A stretch of 57,632 nt of DNA, from assembly GCA_039026755.1 (NCBI GenBank), contig JBCCLR010000002.1, forward strand, positions 1-57,632, written 5' to 3'. Each line of letters opens with the position of its first letter. The first letter of the stretch is position 1. Both the position numbers and the translations under genes were made by a program. Below are positions 37,934-48,181 of this stretch, piece after piece. The DNA is from Pseudomonadota bacterium. Lineage in GTDB: Bacteria; Pseudomonadota; Alphaproteobacteria; Sphingomonadales; CAKZYD01. A model generated the notes under the pieces. The model was not told the origin of the DNA. It worked only from the letters and a program-made list of their open reading frames with translations, and did not search any database.

Positions 37934-39995
37934 ATGGCTTGTTTCAAATCTCAACTCTTATCTTCATTTGCCATTGCTGCTGTCGCATGCGTTTTGTCAG
38001 AAAATGCAGCAGCGCAAATGGCAGAAGACACGGCGCTTTCTCAGACGGAGATTGAGGATATTCTGGTGGTCAGTACCGCCGATAAGTTCGGTAGCGGGCT
38101 CACCCAGGCAACATTTGTGTTGGGCGCGGAAGACATTGAAACTCGGCCACTTGGCGCGGAAATCACACAAAGCCTTAATCAGATCCCTGGTGTCCAAGTT
38201 GCGACTGGGGATAGTCGCGGCGGGGTTTTTTCCTTTGAACTTTATCTGCGCGGTTTAACCGATGAGCAGATCGGCTTTTCCATTGATGGCGTCCCCACCG
38301 GCGATAGCCGCACGCAAGGTGGCGGACCGCCAAACCGGTTTTTAGACAGCTCAAACATTGGCCGCATTATCGTCTCGCAAAGCTCAGGCGAAATTGGCGC
38401 ACCAACCCGCTTCGGGCTGGGCGGATTTATGAATTTTGTATCGTCAAATCCCGCACCGGAAGCGGGCGCGACTTTTGAAGCAAGTGCCGGTTCGTTTGAT
38501 CATCGGCGCTTATTTATCCGTGCCGATTTTGGTGAACTGGCACCTGGTTTGACCGGATATGCAAGCTTCTCAGATGCCGACACTGACGTGTGGGCCGGCG
38601 GCGACCGTGCCAACAGTCGCCAGCATGCAACGATAAAAATCTTGAAGCAATTTGATGCCGGTCACAGCGTTGCGCTCAATGCCAACTGGAACAATCTTGA
38701 CTACAATGATTTCAACATCATTACACAGCCACTGTTTGAGGGAAATCCTGACTCAGATGGTGCCGTGGGTAATTTTCGCGGTATTCCCAGCCTAGACAAC
38801 ATCAACAGCCTGCAACCCTTCGGGCCGGCATTTGGCGGCTTTCGCGAGGATTTGTTCGTCTATGTGAATGCTGAATTTGTCGTCTCCGATAGCATCGTTA
38901 TTGATGTGAACCCCTATTGGCATAAAGGTGAAGGGGCAATTCAAGCTGCTCGATGACCGTCTTAGCTTTGATGTCGGTGCGACATGGCTGCAAAACAATT
39001 ATCAAGCAAGCTCGTTCTTGGAGTATCAAGGCGAAGTTGACATTACCCGCAACTCCGGCCTCTTGCCGAAGCTCGGCGCAGCCTTTCAACTGACAGATCA
39101 TATCGAAATTTTCGGAGCATTCGCGCAAAACTGGTCAGGTATTCCAGAGGATACTTTCCTTGGAAGCACCGCAGCAATTACTGAAGATTTACAAGGTCTT
39201 GAAAGCACTAATGCTGATCTCGGCATCCGTATTGTGGGGGACAATTATGCCTTTTCTTTGCAAGGCTACATCATCGATGCAGACGGGTTTATTGGCTTTA
39301 CACCGCTCGATCCTGATGCGGATCCAGTGGAAATCATCACTGGCAATGCAGCGACCAAATCTGAAAACTTAGGCAGCCAGCGTACTGAAGGTGTTGAGGT
39401 GACAGGCTTTTATGACTTTGGCGCCGCGGATATTTACGTCTCCTATGCCTATCAAAACGCAAGGCACGGCGGCACCGACGACCCAGATGTGGCCCTTGCT
39501 TTGCGGCAAGTCGGCGTTATTGCTGGCGAACGGGTGCGTGATATCCCCGAGCACTCTATTTTTGCGAGATTGGGATGGAGCCCAACCGACCATTTACGTC
39601 TGGAGGCCAATATCGACTATCGTGGCAGCCGGGTTGGCGGTCATCTTATTACGCCCGGCTTCTGCAATCCGTTTTTCTGCTTTGGCAGTGACGGCAGCGG
39701 TGCGGCAGCGTCTTCGGCGCTTGGTATTGATCAGCTTGAAGCCTACACAACAATCGGCCTGCTTGCGCAATATGACATTGATGTCTTTAACGGGGTAACG
39801 CTGCAACTCAATGTCGATAATCTGCTGGATGAAAACTATATAGCCTCAGTCTCTGGAGCGACAGCCACGTTGGCGGAATTTGGGGCCATCAGTAACTTTT
39901 CGGGCGGCGATATTACAGCCCAGCCCGGGTCACTCGACCGATATTTTATCGGCGCACCGAGAACGATTACGTTTTCCATAAAAGCCGCATTTTAA
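37934..39995 (+). pseudogene. TonB-dependent receptor split by a +1 frame change near 38910-38956 (pseudogene or sequencing error)
   Basis: ORF 37928-38956 encodes the signal peptide, plug and first barrel strands. ORF 38928-39995, in the +1 frame, encodes the rest and ends in the canonical ..TFSIKAAF. The two ORFs overlap by 29 nt. Confidence 0.8.
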
Positions 39996-40214
39996 TGTGG
40001 TCTCTTGCGCCAGCGACGTTGCGGAAACAGCCCGCCAAATGGAGATTAAAATATCTGGGCGTGGGCATTTGAAAAGGCAGACTTGCTGACGCCTAGGCCG
40101 CCTAAAACGTTGCAGCGATATCGCAGGTGTCGACGCATTTTAAAAAGAAAATTGCCGACATGTGAAAGCAGCGATATGAAGCTCCTCAGACAGTGGCTCT
40201 GGGGACCCGTTCAT

Positions 40215-41204
40215 ATGGCAAAAAAGGCCCCTGAACCTGGCAAAACGACGCTCAAAGACGTTGCCGCTGCGGCCGGCGTATCGATTGCGACAGTGTCTTA
40301 TGTTCTGAATAAGAAGAAACCGATTGGCGTAGAAAAGACCAAGCGCGTGTTAGACTCCGTCGAACGGCTTGGCTATCGACCCTCGAAACATGCCATTGCC
40401 ATGCGCACGGGACGCAGTGGCGATATCGGACTTGTGCTGCCAGATCTAACGACATCCTATTTTGCTGCGCTTGCAGAAAGCGTGACGCTGGCCGCAGCTC
40501 AACGCGGCAGCAATGTCTACCTCATCAGCACAAATGGCCTAAAATCAAATGAGCGTACGGCCATTGAAAGCCTTTCCAAAGGCGGCGTTGACGGCGTCAT
40601 ATGGTTCCCCAATTTTGACGAAGACACATACAGCGGCGCACCTATGGACCTGCCAGTCGTGGTCATCGACCGAAACCTGGCAGCCTATGATGTTGTCCAT
40701 GCGGACTATCGGCGTGGCGGCATGTTGGCAGCACAGTTTTTATGCAGCAAAGGCCATCAAAAAATTGGCTTGATCGAAGGCCCCCAAAATATTTCAAGCT
40801 CGTTTGAGCGTAGCGCCGGTTTTACAGCTGCACTTTCGAGCCATGCAGACTTGCTCTGGCGCATCGAACATGGCTTTCGCTATGATATCGAGCATGCTGC
40901 TCTAAAGCTGATTGCACAGAAAGACGTGACAGCCATCATGTGCGGCAATGATACGATCGCAATTGGCGTTTTGCGCGTCTTGCGCCAGCTCGGTATTGCG
41001 TGTCCGCAAGCAATATCGGTCATGGGCTTCAATGATACCCAGATGTCCGCGCTCGTGTACCCATCTCTTACCACGGTGAAGATGCCAATTCAGGAGATGG
41101 GATTTGAAGCGGTTGATATTCTCACCAGCAGGATCGCAAATCGCGCGGGCACACGCCGGCGCTGTGTTTTGGACGTCTGCGTGGTCGAACGCGAGAGTGC
41201 CTAA
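40215..41204 (+). CDS. LacI-family transcriptional regulator (second copy)
   Basis: HTH TLKDVAAAAGVSIATVSYVLNKK. The ATG at 40215 is preferred over the TTG at 40083. Confidence 0.88.
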   Translation: MAKKAPEPGKTTLKDVAAAAGVSIATVSYVLNKKKPIGVEKTKRVLDSVERLGYRPSKHAIAMRTGRSGDIGLVLPDLTTSYFAALAESVTLAAAQRGSNVYLISTNGLKSNERTAIESLSKGGVDGVIWFPNFDEDTYSGAPMDLPVVVIDRNLAAYDVVHADYRRGGMLAAQFLCSKGHQKIGLIEGPQNISSSFERSAGFTAALSSHADLLWRIEHGFRYDIEHAALKLIAQKDVTAIMCGNDTIAIGVLRVLRQLGIACPQAISVMGFNDTQMSALVYPSLTTVKMPIQEMGFEAVDILTSRIANRAGTRRRCVLDVCVVERESA

Positions 41205-41342
41205 CATAGCCCCAATGGCAGGTCTATGCACGTGGTGGCGCTGCGGCTGAAAAATAAGCTCATCTGCCTTCATAAATGCTGCTGGCACAATCCCCAGCCC
41301 TCATCAACCAAGCGCTTAGACGAAAACCAAGCGTTGCGGCAA

Positions 41343-41386
41343 TTGACATCACTTAAGATTTTTCACTACTATACTTAAACGTTTAA
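41343..41386 (+). promoter_or_regulatory. Candidate sigma-70 promoter (TTGACA-N18-TACTAT) with a perfect TTAAACGTTTAA operator (41375-41386) just downstream of the -10
   Basis: Read directly from the sequence, upstream of the OprO/P-like porin gene. Confidence 0.55.
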
Positions 41387-41504
41387 CTATAGTGTGTGAA
41401 TATCGTTTCCGGGTGGCGAGGCGGCGCCTTTCATATGTTTTTCGCGGCCTATGAGAGCTGTGTTTTGCGATGCGGCAGCACCAAATCAAAGGACAGGTAA
41501 CGCC

Positions 41505-42566
41505 ATGCTGCGTTGGTTCGCTTGCTTGCTCATAAGCTCCATTTTTCCGGCCATGGGCGCGGCCGGACACCAGGAAAACAGCGGCAATATGGAGACATTC
41601 TCCCTATATTCATGGGCACATTTGGATGCATCCGGCGATGGTTTAAGCGTGAGGAGACTGCGCATTGGCAGCAAAGGCAGTGCTTTTTTAACAAGCAGAT
41701 TTAAACTGGAGCTCGATGTAGATGACGACGGCACCGTTGAGTTCAGAGATGCCTTCGCTCAAATAACCGATAGCCAAGTTACACTTAAGCTTGGCGCCAT
41801 GCGTACCCCAAACTCTGTCAATGCATTAACGTCGTCTCGGTTGTTTATTGTGCTTGAGCGAGCAGCATTTACGCGCGTTTTTAGCCTTGATCGGCGCGTT
41901 GGCTTCAGTGCGGCTTATATGTCAGACAAGCATGCACTAAGTGCCGGTGTATTCGCTGGCAATGCAAATGGATTAGCCGCTTCAACCGGCTTTGCACTTG
42001 CGGTGAGAGCGATGCAGCATCAAAAGCTTGGAGCGCAGTATGAGTTGATGCTAGCGGCGTCATATCTGTACCGGCAAAAGCCCATTGTAAAACACTTCTA
42101 CGGTCTGGAGGCCGCACTGTACGGGCGGCGCCATTGGGTGATTGCAGAAGTCGGACGACAAGTGTCAGCAGCGTCGCCAGGATCCCCTGCGCAACCCACC
42201 GGCCTGGACGATACGATTTCCGGGATCGGCGGGTATATTGAGTTTGGCATTGCTGTTCGGCGAAACGGGCCGTTTCGGCCCTATGATGCAGCCTTTGGCG
42301 AACGACCGAGCGATCTGTATGTTGCGACGCGGCTTGATATATTGCAGGTGAAGAGCTGCACGCCCCGCTGCCACTATAGCGCATTCACCCTTGGCCTATG
42401 CTGGCGCACCGCAGCCAATATTCGCATTGCCGCAAATGTGTTTTTTACAAACACCAACATCGGTACCAGATTTCCTGATGCGCAAAGCTTCGCCCCGTTA
42501 GCGAAAAGGCGCGGCAGCGCTCAAGGGACCGGCGCACTTGCACGACTACAACTGGCGTTTGGCTGA
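41505..42566 (+). CDS. OprO/OprP-like (phosphate/anion-selective family) outer-membrane porin
   Basis: Signal peptide MLRWFACLLISSIFPAMGAAG. The segment LKLGAMRTPNSVNALTSSRLFIVLERAAF resembles the Porin_O_P core. Confidence 0.6.
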   Translation: MLRWFACLLISSIFPAMGAAGHQENSGNMETFSLYSWAHLDASGDGLSVRRLRIGSKGSAFLTSRFKLELDVDDDGTVEFRDAFAQITDSQVTLKLGAMRTPNSVNALTSSRLFIVLERAAFTRVFSLDRRVGFSAAYMSDKHALSAGVFAGNANGLAASTGFALAVRAMQHQKLGAQYELMLAASYLYRQKPIVKHFYGLEAALYGRRHWVIAEVGRQVSAASPGSPAQPTGLDDTISGIGGYIEFGIAVRRNGPFRPYDAAFGERPSDLYVATRLDILQVKSCTPRCHYSAFTLGLCWRTAANIRIAANVFFTNTNIGTRFPDAQSFAPLAKRRGSAQGTGALARLQLAFG

Positions 42567-42731
42567 ATGGACGTAGTGAACATCTGAGACACGCAATCCA
42601 GCGAAGCGGACACTCATAGAGTTTTGCAGATACATACGCACTCAAAAGTGGCTATAGCGCCGCCGCCCATGCACTCAACATGGAAAAATATTACAAATAT
42701 ATGACATAATGATTTCAATATGTTAGATTAG

Positions 42732-42743
42732 TTTAAACGATTA
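42732..42743. promoter_or_regulatory. Degenerate operator-like site TTAAACGATTAT (two mismatches)
   Basis: Lies in the AT-rich region upstream of the usp-like gene. Confidence 0.3.
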
Positions 42744-42823
42744 TATTATGGCAAGATCAAAGGATGTATTGGCTGGCCTGATCGAGCCAACCTACGGCTC
42801 AACCAGATGCCAAAGGACAAGGC

Positions 42824-43729
42824 GTGGATGTAGTGATGGCGATGAAATTTGTTGTCCCCCTAAATGGCGAAATAGAGCGTCATCCGTTTAATACATTTGA
42901 TGACAGCGCTTTAATGTCCGCTTTTTTGTTGGCGCGGCGCGTGCGCGGGCATATCGAGGCATTTTGTACACGCCCAGCACCGTCAAAAGCGTGGCAGTGG
43001 CTCAGCAAAACCGTCGCCACAACACGTCAGGGAGAAAATGCGCCTGGCATCGTTCCAAACACAGATAAAAAATCGCGCAAAGCGTTTGAACGCATTATGA
43101 ACGTGTCGGACTATTTTTCGGTGCCGGTAAATCAAACCAAGCCACTTGGCGCGAAGTGCTCCGCTAGTTTTTTAACGCAGCCAAATGAAGATTTTTTTTC
43201 TGCAAGCGTCGCCCAGCGCGGGCGATTGGCCGATGTGATCGTTATCGGCAAAAATGACCCTTTTCAGATGGCTATTTGGCCAAATGAGCTACAGCAAGCG
43301 CTTTATGAAACCGCCAGCCCGGTGCTGATTTGCCCAAGTTCACTGCCCAAGAAAGTGGGCAAGCGCATTATGCTTGCATGGAATGGTAGCATTGCTTCCA
43401 GCTTTGCAGCAACCGTATCGATTGAAGTGATGCAAGCAGCCAAGGCCGTCACGGTGGTGCATTACCAGGAAAAGACCGACAACACGCCGCGGTTAGAAGA
43501 TTTAATGTCTTATTTAAAGCTGCACGATGTCGACGCACAGCTCAGGCTGCTGGATAAGCCTAGTAACGGCCTTGCGAGCGCATTGCTTCGACAAGCCGAT
43601 GCGTGCCGGGCGGACATGATCATTATCGGCTCGACACAGCGCTCACGCATCAATCAACTGTTCTTTGGCAGCATCTTTTACGAGGTGGTACAGAAAGCAA
43701 AAATACCGGTGTTGCTGTGCCGAAGCTGA
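42824..43729 (+). CDS. Universal stress protein family protein (tandem Usp-like domains)
   Basis: C-terminal Usp signature ADMIIIGSTQRSRINQLFFGSIFYEVVQKAKIPVLLC. Confidence 0.7.
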   Translation: MDVVMAMKFVVPLNGEIERHPFNTFDDSALMSAFLLARRVRGHIEAFCTRPAPSKAWQWLSKTVATTRQGENAPGIVPNTDKKSRKAFERIMNVSDYFSVPVNQTKPLGAKCSASFLTQPNEDFFSASVAQRGRLADVIVIGKNDPFQMAIWPNELQQALYETASPVLICPSSLPKKVGKRIMLAWNGSIASSFAATVSIEVMQAAKAVTVVHYQEKTDNTPRLEDLMSYLKLHDVDAQLRLLDKPSNGLASALLRQADACRADMIIIGSTQRSRINQLFFGSIFYEVVQKAKIPVLLCRS

Positions 43730-43990
43730 ATACAAAAAAGGCGCGAAACATCAATCTTTCGGTCAGCGATACGTTCAATCCAAAACCGTGCTCACATGGT
43801 GTATGGCAAATTTTAATCGCAACAACAGCGGCAGCGAAGTGATGCTGCAAGACCAGGTGTAAATCGCATCTTGGTGCGGTTTGGATACATCCCCTCGCTT
43901 AGCCGCGTGCAAACGGCAAAAGTCTTGGTTTTGTAGGGGTAGCTCAGGGTTTGATTGGCGATCCTATTACACGGCGACCCTTTATTATTA

Positions 43991-44004
43991 TTTAAACGTT
44001 TAAA
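43991..44004. promoter_or_regulatory. LacI-type operator candidate, perfect 14-bp palindrome TTTAAACGTTTAAA (upstream of the HIU hydrolase gene)
   Basis: Contains the exact 12-mer; about 40 nt upstream of the 44043 start. Confidence 0.7.
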
Positions 44005-44042
44005 CAATGGTCTGATATTGTGATGGGAACGAGCCCGCAATC

Positions 44043-44399
44043 ATGCCGGATTTAACGACGCACGTGCTTGATGTGGTGGCTGGGCGACCAGCCATCGGCG
44101 TTGCTGTAAAGCTGTATTGGCTGGCAACACCAGATGATGCCTCGCTGATCTTATCTACCCGGACAAATGCGCTCGGCCGCTGCAGCGAACCCATGTTAAA
44201 GGGCCACAAACTGGCACCTGGCAAATACCGTATGACCTTTGGCATTGGTGAGTATTTCCGTAAATCGGGTTTCATGTTCCAAGAACCTGCGTTTTTAGAC
44301 ACTGTTCCCATCGAGTTTGGTATCGATATCAGCGAAAGCCGTTACCACATTGCGCTGCTTATTTCGCCTTTCGGCTACTTAACATTTCGGGACGGTTAA
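44043..44399 (+). CDS. uraH: 5-hydroxyisourate hydrolase (transthyretin-like)
   Basis: N-terminal LTTHVLDVVAGRPAIGVAV, 118 aa, and the segment YHIALLISPFGY. Confidence 0.85.
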   Translation: MPDLTTHVLDVVAGRPAIGVAVKLYWLATPDDASLILSTRTNALGRCSEPMLKGHKLAPGKYRMTFGIGEYFRKSGFMFQEPAFLDTVPIEFGIDISESRYHIALLISPFGYLTFRDG

Positions 44400-44539
44400 G
44401 TGCGCTCAACACGACCAAAATTAGCAACAACTCAGCAGCGGCTTGGGCTAAAATTTCACAAGTCCAACCCGGGCTTGTTTGGCCATACCACACAACGGTG
44501 CCGGCCATCGCAAGGCCGAGCCATGCGCGAGACACCGCG

Positions 44540-45577
44540 CTACTTCACCCAATAGGGCCGCTGTTTGGGCAACTCGACATCTTGCCGGAGCAGGCCTTCG
44601 GTTAAGACGTTACCAATCACCGGCCCGTCAGCCGTCATCGTTATCCAAACAATATGATCAAATTCGCCATAATCTGGCCCTCGCATAGCGCTCAGCCCCC
44701 CGGTTGTTGCCAATGCAATTTTGTCGTGGCGATACCCTTTTTCGGTTTGTGCAAGGTCGGCCTCGTAACTGTGCAGATGGCCGGCGAACAGCGTGTAATT
44801 GCGCCCGTCCAACTGCGCTTCAACCTGAGGCCATTCGGGCGGAATGGAATATTTACGTGGCCAAGGGCCTGCCTTATTTTGGCTAGAACCATTGTCTGGC
44901 TTAACCCATTGGCTGCGCCAAAACGGCTTATGCATGAACACAAACGTCCACCGCACGTGTCTATGACGCTGCAAGACGTCTTTAATATACTGCAGTTGCT
45001 CAGCCTGCTGCTTGGCGAAAATTTGAGTATAGTCCTTCCAGTGCCATGCAGGCTCAGGGCGCTCAAACAGCTCCGAGTTTATCACCAAGAACAGCACGTC
45101 CTTATAGCGGAAGTGATAAAAGCTTCGGCCCAGTCGCTCGGCCCAAATATCCGCCATCAGTTGACTGGAGAAATCATGATCGCCAGGCGTGTAGAAAAAT
45201 GGCGCCTTTAGCCCGCCTAAAAGCGCGTCAAAGCGATCCCATTCCCTCTCGAGGGCTTGGCGATCACGTTTATACCCGTGCGGAAAATCATACCCTTCTA
45301 TTAAATCCCCCACACTCATGATAAATGCTGGCTGCAACAGCTCCGCCCTTTCAATAGCATCCGCAAACACCCCGGCACGCATGCCTCCCGTGCGGTCGCT
45401 CACAACGAGAAAATGAAAGGTCGATGGTGCATCGCGCACCGCGAGTGACGTCCACGGCTTCACGGCAAGATGGTGCGCCTTCAGGTCATCGATGACAAAT
45501 TGAGCGCGGCTGTCCGCCAGGTCACGGTCGGAACAGGCCGCGCAAAAAACCGCTAGGCTCAGCAAAATGTGCCGCAC
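44540..45577 (-). CDS. Calcineurin-like metallophosphoesterase, probable lipoprotein
   Basis: Motifs FLVVSDRTGG, SVGDLIEG, TPGDHDF, FMHKPFW and AGHLHSY. The GTG at 45577 (VRHILLSLAVFCAAC) avoids the 44-nt overlap with the upstream receptor that the ATG at 45634 would create. Confidence 0.7.
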   Translation of the reverse strand: MRHILLSLAVFCAACSDRDLADSRAQFVIDDLKAHHLAVKPWTSLAVRDAPSTFHFLVVSDRTGGMRAGVFADAIERAELLQPAFIMSVGDLIEGYDFPHGYKRDRQALEREWDRFDALLGGLKAPFFYTPGDHDFSSQLMADIWAERLGRSFYHFRYKDVLFLVINSELFERPEPAWHWKDYTQIFAKQQAEQLQYIKDVLQRHRHVRWTFVFMHKPFWRSQWVKPDNGSSQNKAGPWPRKYSIPPEWPQVEAQLDGRNYTLFAGHLHSYEADLAQTEKGYRHDKIALATTGGLSAMRGPDYGEFDHIVWITMTADGPVIGNVLTEGLLRQDVELPKQRPYWVK

Positions 45578-45590
45578 GCAAAACCGATGC

Positions 45591-48071
45591 TTAGTAGGCA
45601 AAGGTAACCCGCGCACCGTAGGTTCTTGGTGCACCTAAATATTCCGCCTGAACGATGAAGTCAGACGGGATTAGAACAAAGTCTTCATTGGTTAGATTTT
45701 GACCATAGAGTTCAGCGGCCCAGCGCCCGTCCTCAGTGCGTATTCCGATGCTGGCACCCAGCAGACTATAGCTTTCAATCACCAGGTCGGGGTCGTTGGA
45801 AGCGCCAGCGAAATAGCTGTCGGTCCAGCTAAAACTGATATTTGCGAACGCGTCTGCAGCGCCGCCTAATACCGGGTACTGGCCACTCGCGGTGATCGCA
45901 AATTGATTGTTCGGTGAGTTGCCAAGTTCGTTCCCCGTATTGCCCTCTGGGTTGTTCGCGCCGAGCGGGAAGCGATCAAATTGGGTGTCAAGAAAACCAT
46001 AGTTAGCATCAACGCTGAAGTAATCATTCAGTTTAAACCCTGCTTCAATTTCAACACCTTGGATAGTGGCGTCGGCGGCGTTTAAGATTGTGCCGAGAAA
46101 TGTTGCCGTATCGAATACGAACTCCTGCTTATTGTCATATTGCTGGTAGAAATAAACCAGATTGGCATAGCCACGGCGATCGGCAAACCGCGCCTTAAGC
46201 CCCCCTTCGAAGGATAAAATGGTCTCCTCATCAAACGGCGTTGTAATCTCAACTAAACTGTCTGCTTCAGTATTAAAGCCGCCTGCGGTGAAGCCCCGCG
46301 AAACGGACGCGAAGAGTGTAACGTCGTCGCCTGGCCGATAGGTTAGAGCCGCGCGCGGGGTAAACGCATCAAAGCTTTCTTGCAACTCACCGGTTTGAAA
46401 ACTGCGCGCCGCATTGCCGTTGTCGATAAAATTGAGCATCGCGGTGCGATCTTCGTAGGTGTAACGGATGCCGGCAGAAATATCGATTTTATCGGACAAA
46501 TGGTATGTCCCATCAACATACGCAGCAAAGGCATTCGTCTTAATGTTTTGATCGAAAATGATATCTTGAATGACAATGCCCGCACCATTCAAAAAGCGAT
46601 TGCGCTCGACGCGCCGATCAGAGTTTTCATACAGGTAAAATAGGCCTGCAATAAAGCTGTACTGATCGTTATCGGCGCTCACATACCGCAGCTCTTGGCT
46701 AAATGTACGCGGATCTTCAAAATCTTCATCAACTTGTTGGAAGGCAAAGGGGAGCAGTGTAAAACTCAGCCCATTAAAGCTAAACAGCTCTTCAGACGAG
46801 GATTCGCGGTATCCGCTAATCGATAAAAACGCGCCATGCCCCGCATCATAGCTGAGCCGCAAAGATGCGCCAAAAATATCCCGCTCGAAGTTCTGCGGCA
46901 CGCCTAGGTCTGAGGTGCGCCGATCTTCGCTACCAAATCCGATCGCCGAAAGTGTTCGCCCGCCATTGCTGTCGCTCGTGTAATCAAAAGCTAATATCGC
47001 TTCAAAAGCGCTATTTGGATGCCATAGAGCGGCAGTACGAACGGAGGTGCTTTGCCGGTTATCTTGGTCCTGACCGGTTATTGCATCCCGGCCAAACCCA
47101 TCGCGCTCTACTTGTGACACCGAAATTTTAGCTGCCAAGGTGTCGCTGACAGGACCGGATATGAGGCCGCGCAGTTCATAAGCGTTGAAATTTCCGTAGC
47201 CAGCCTGGGCTTTTACTTTAAGCACATCAACAGATGGCTTGGCCGACGTTAAAACAATCGCGCCAGAGGCTACATTTCGGCCAAAAAACGTGCCTTGAGG
47301 CCCACGCAAAACCTCAACACTTTCTAAATCAAATAACTCAAAATCAGCGCTGGAGAACCGTGGCAGATAGACCTCGTCAACATACACACCAACCGGCTCG
47401 CTTGTGCCAATCGCCGACAGGGTATTCGCGCCGCCACGGATGGCGAAAATTGGCTGAGTATTGGTAAAAGAGGACCCTAAAAAGTTGGGCGTTAAGCGAG
47501 AAATATCGCGTATGGAATCAAGTTGAAAAGCTTCTAGTTTTGCGGGCGTAAAAACGCTGATTGATGCCGGCACATTTTGCAGATCGTCACTGCGCTTCAG
47601 CGATGTAACAAAAATCGTCTCCAAAAAATTAGCATCCTCTTCAATCTCAGCGTTCGCAAGCAATGCATCCCCTTGAAACCCTTGCGCTCGCTGTTGACGA
47701 CCGCTCCGGATCGGCGGGGTGAATTGGCTCAGCTGCAGCCGCTCTGGCGGTGCAACAGCAATTGTTCGATTATTGATACGGCGGTATATCAGGCCAGTTC
47801 CTGACAAGATGCGGTCAAGTGCTTGTTCTGCCGTGAATTCACCACTTAATTCTGGCGCCCTTATGCCTGCAGCATCATCGCTGTAGAGGACAATTTGCTG
47901 GCCGGATTGACTGGCAATTTGCGTGATTGCTTGGTCAAGCGGCTGTGCGCTGAGTTTAAGGTCAGCGGCGACCACTGGGGTTAGAAAACTGCTATAGACC
48001 AAGGCCACAATGCTGTTCGCGGTGCACCGAGGAAGCCAGCATGGATACCGCACCGATTGTTTGTTTTTCAT
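45591..48071 (-). CDS. TonB-dependent transducer with an N-terminal STN signalling domain
   Basis: STN segment (LKLSAQPLDQAITQIASQSGQQIV...FTAEQALDRILSGTGL), followed by a plug and barrel. The C-terminus is ..YGARVTFAY. Confidence 0.88.
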   Translation of the reverse strand: MKNKQSVRYPCWLPRCTANSIVALVYSSFLTPVVAADLKLSAQPLDQAITQIASQSGQQIVLYSDDAAGIRAPELSGEFTAEQALDRILSGTGLIYRRINNRTIAVAPPERLQLSQFTPPIRSGRQQRAQGFQGDALLANAEIEEDANFLETIFVTSLKRSDDLQNVPASISVFTPAKLEAFQLDSIRDISRLTPNFLGSSFTNTQPIFAIRGGANTLSAIGTSEPVGVYVDEVYLPRFSSADFELFDLESVEVLRGPQGTFFGRNVASGAIVLTSAKPSVDVLKVKAQAGYGNFNAYELRGLISGPVSDTLAAKISVSQVERDGFGRDAITGQDQDNRQSTSVRTAALWHPNSAFEAILAFDYTSDSNGGRTLSAIGFGSEDRRTSDLGVPQNFERDIFGASLRLSYDAGHGAFLSISGYRESSSEELFSFNGLSFTLLPFAFQQVDEDFEDPRTFSQELRYVSADNDQYSFIAGLFYLYENSDRRVERNRFLNGAGIVIQDIIFDQNIKTNAFAAYVDGTYHLSDKIDISAGIRYTYEDRTAMLNFIDNGNAARSFQTGELQESFDAFTPRAALTYRPGDDVTLFASVSRGFTAGGFNTEADSLVEITTPFDEETILSFEGGLKARFADRRGYANLVYFYQQYDNKQEFVFDTATFLGTILNAADATIQGVEIEAGFKLNDYFSVDANYGFLDTQFDRFPLGANNPEGNTGNELGNSPNNQFAITASGQYPVLGGAADAFANISFSWTDSYFAGASNDPDLVIESYSLLGASIGIRTEDGRWAAELYGQNLTNEDFVLIPSDFIVQAEYLGAPRTYGARVTFAY

Positions 48072-48163
48072 GGCATTACCCCTCCGCTGATGGCCCTGTC
48101 GTCATGTGCTTTAAAGCCCTGGTCTGCGCATAAAGAGGGTTTTGAATGCGAAATTGGATACTG

Positions 48164-48181
48164 TTGTCATAATATTTTCAT
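48164..48181 (+). promoter_or_regulatory. Pho-box-like direct repeat TTGTCAT-AATA-TTTTCAT
   Basis: 15 of 18 positions match CTGTCATAWAWCTGTCAY. It lies in the divergent region between the transducer and the ECF sigma gene. Confidence 0.4.

Noticed and set aside
38928-39995. The ORF-track entry read as an independent 355-aa gene with a GTG start
   Set aside because: It has no signal peptide or plug. It continues the barrel of the upstream ORF in the +1 frame and ends with the TonB-receptor terminal Phe. It is the 3' part of a split receptor, not a separate gene.
43921-43975. tRNA-like start GGGGTAGCTCAGGG in the usp/HIU-hydrolase intergenic region
   Set aside because: Only the acceptor/D-arm-like 5' end is present. 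I could not find an anticodon arm, a T-arm (GTTCGAATC-like) or a complementary 3' acceptor, so I do not call a tRNA or an att remnant.
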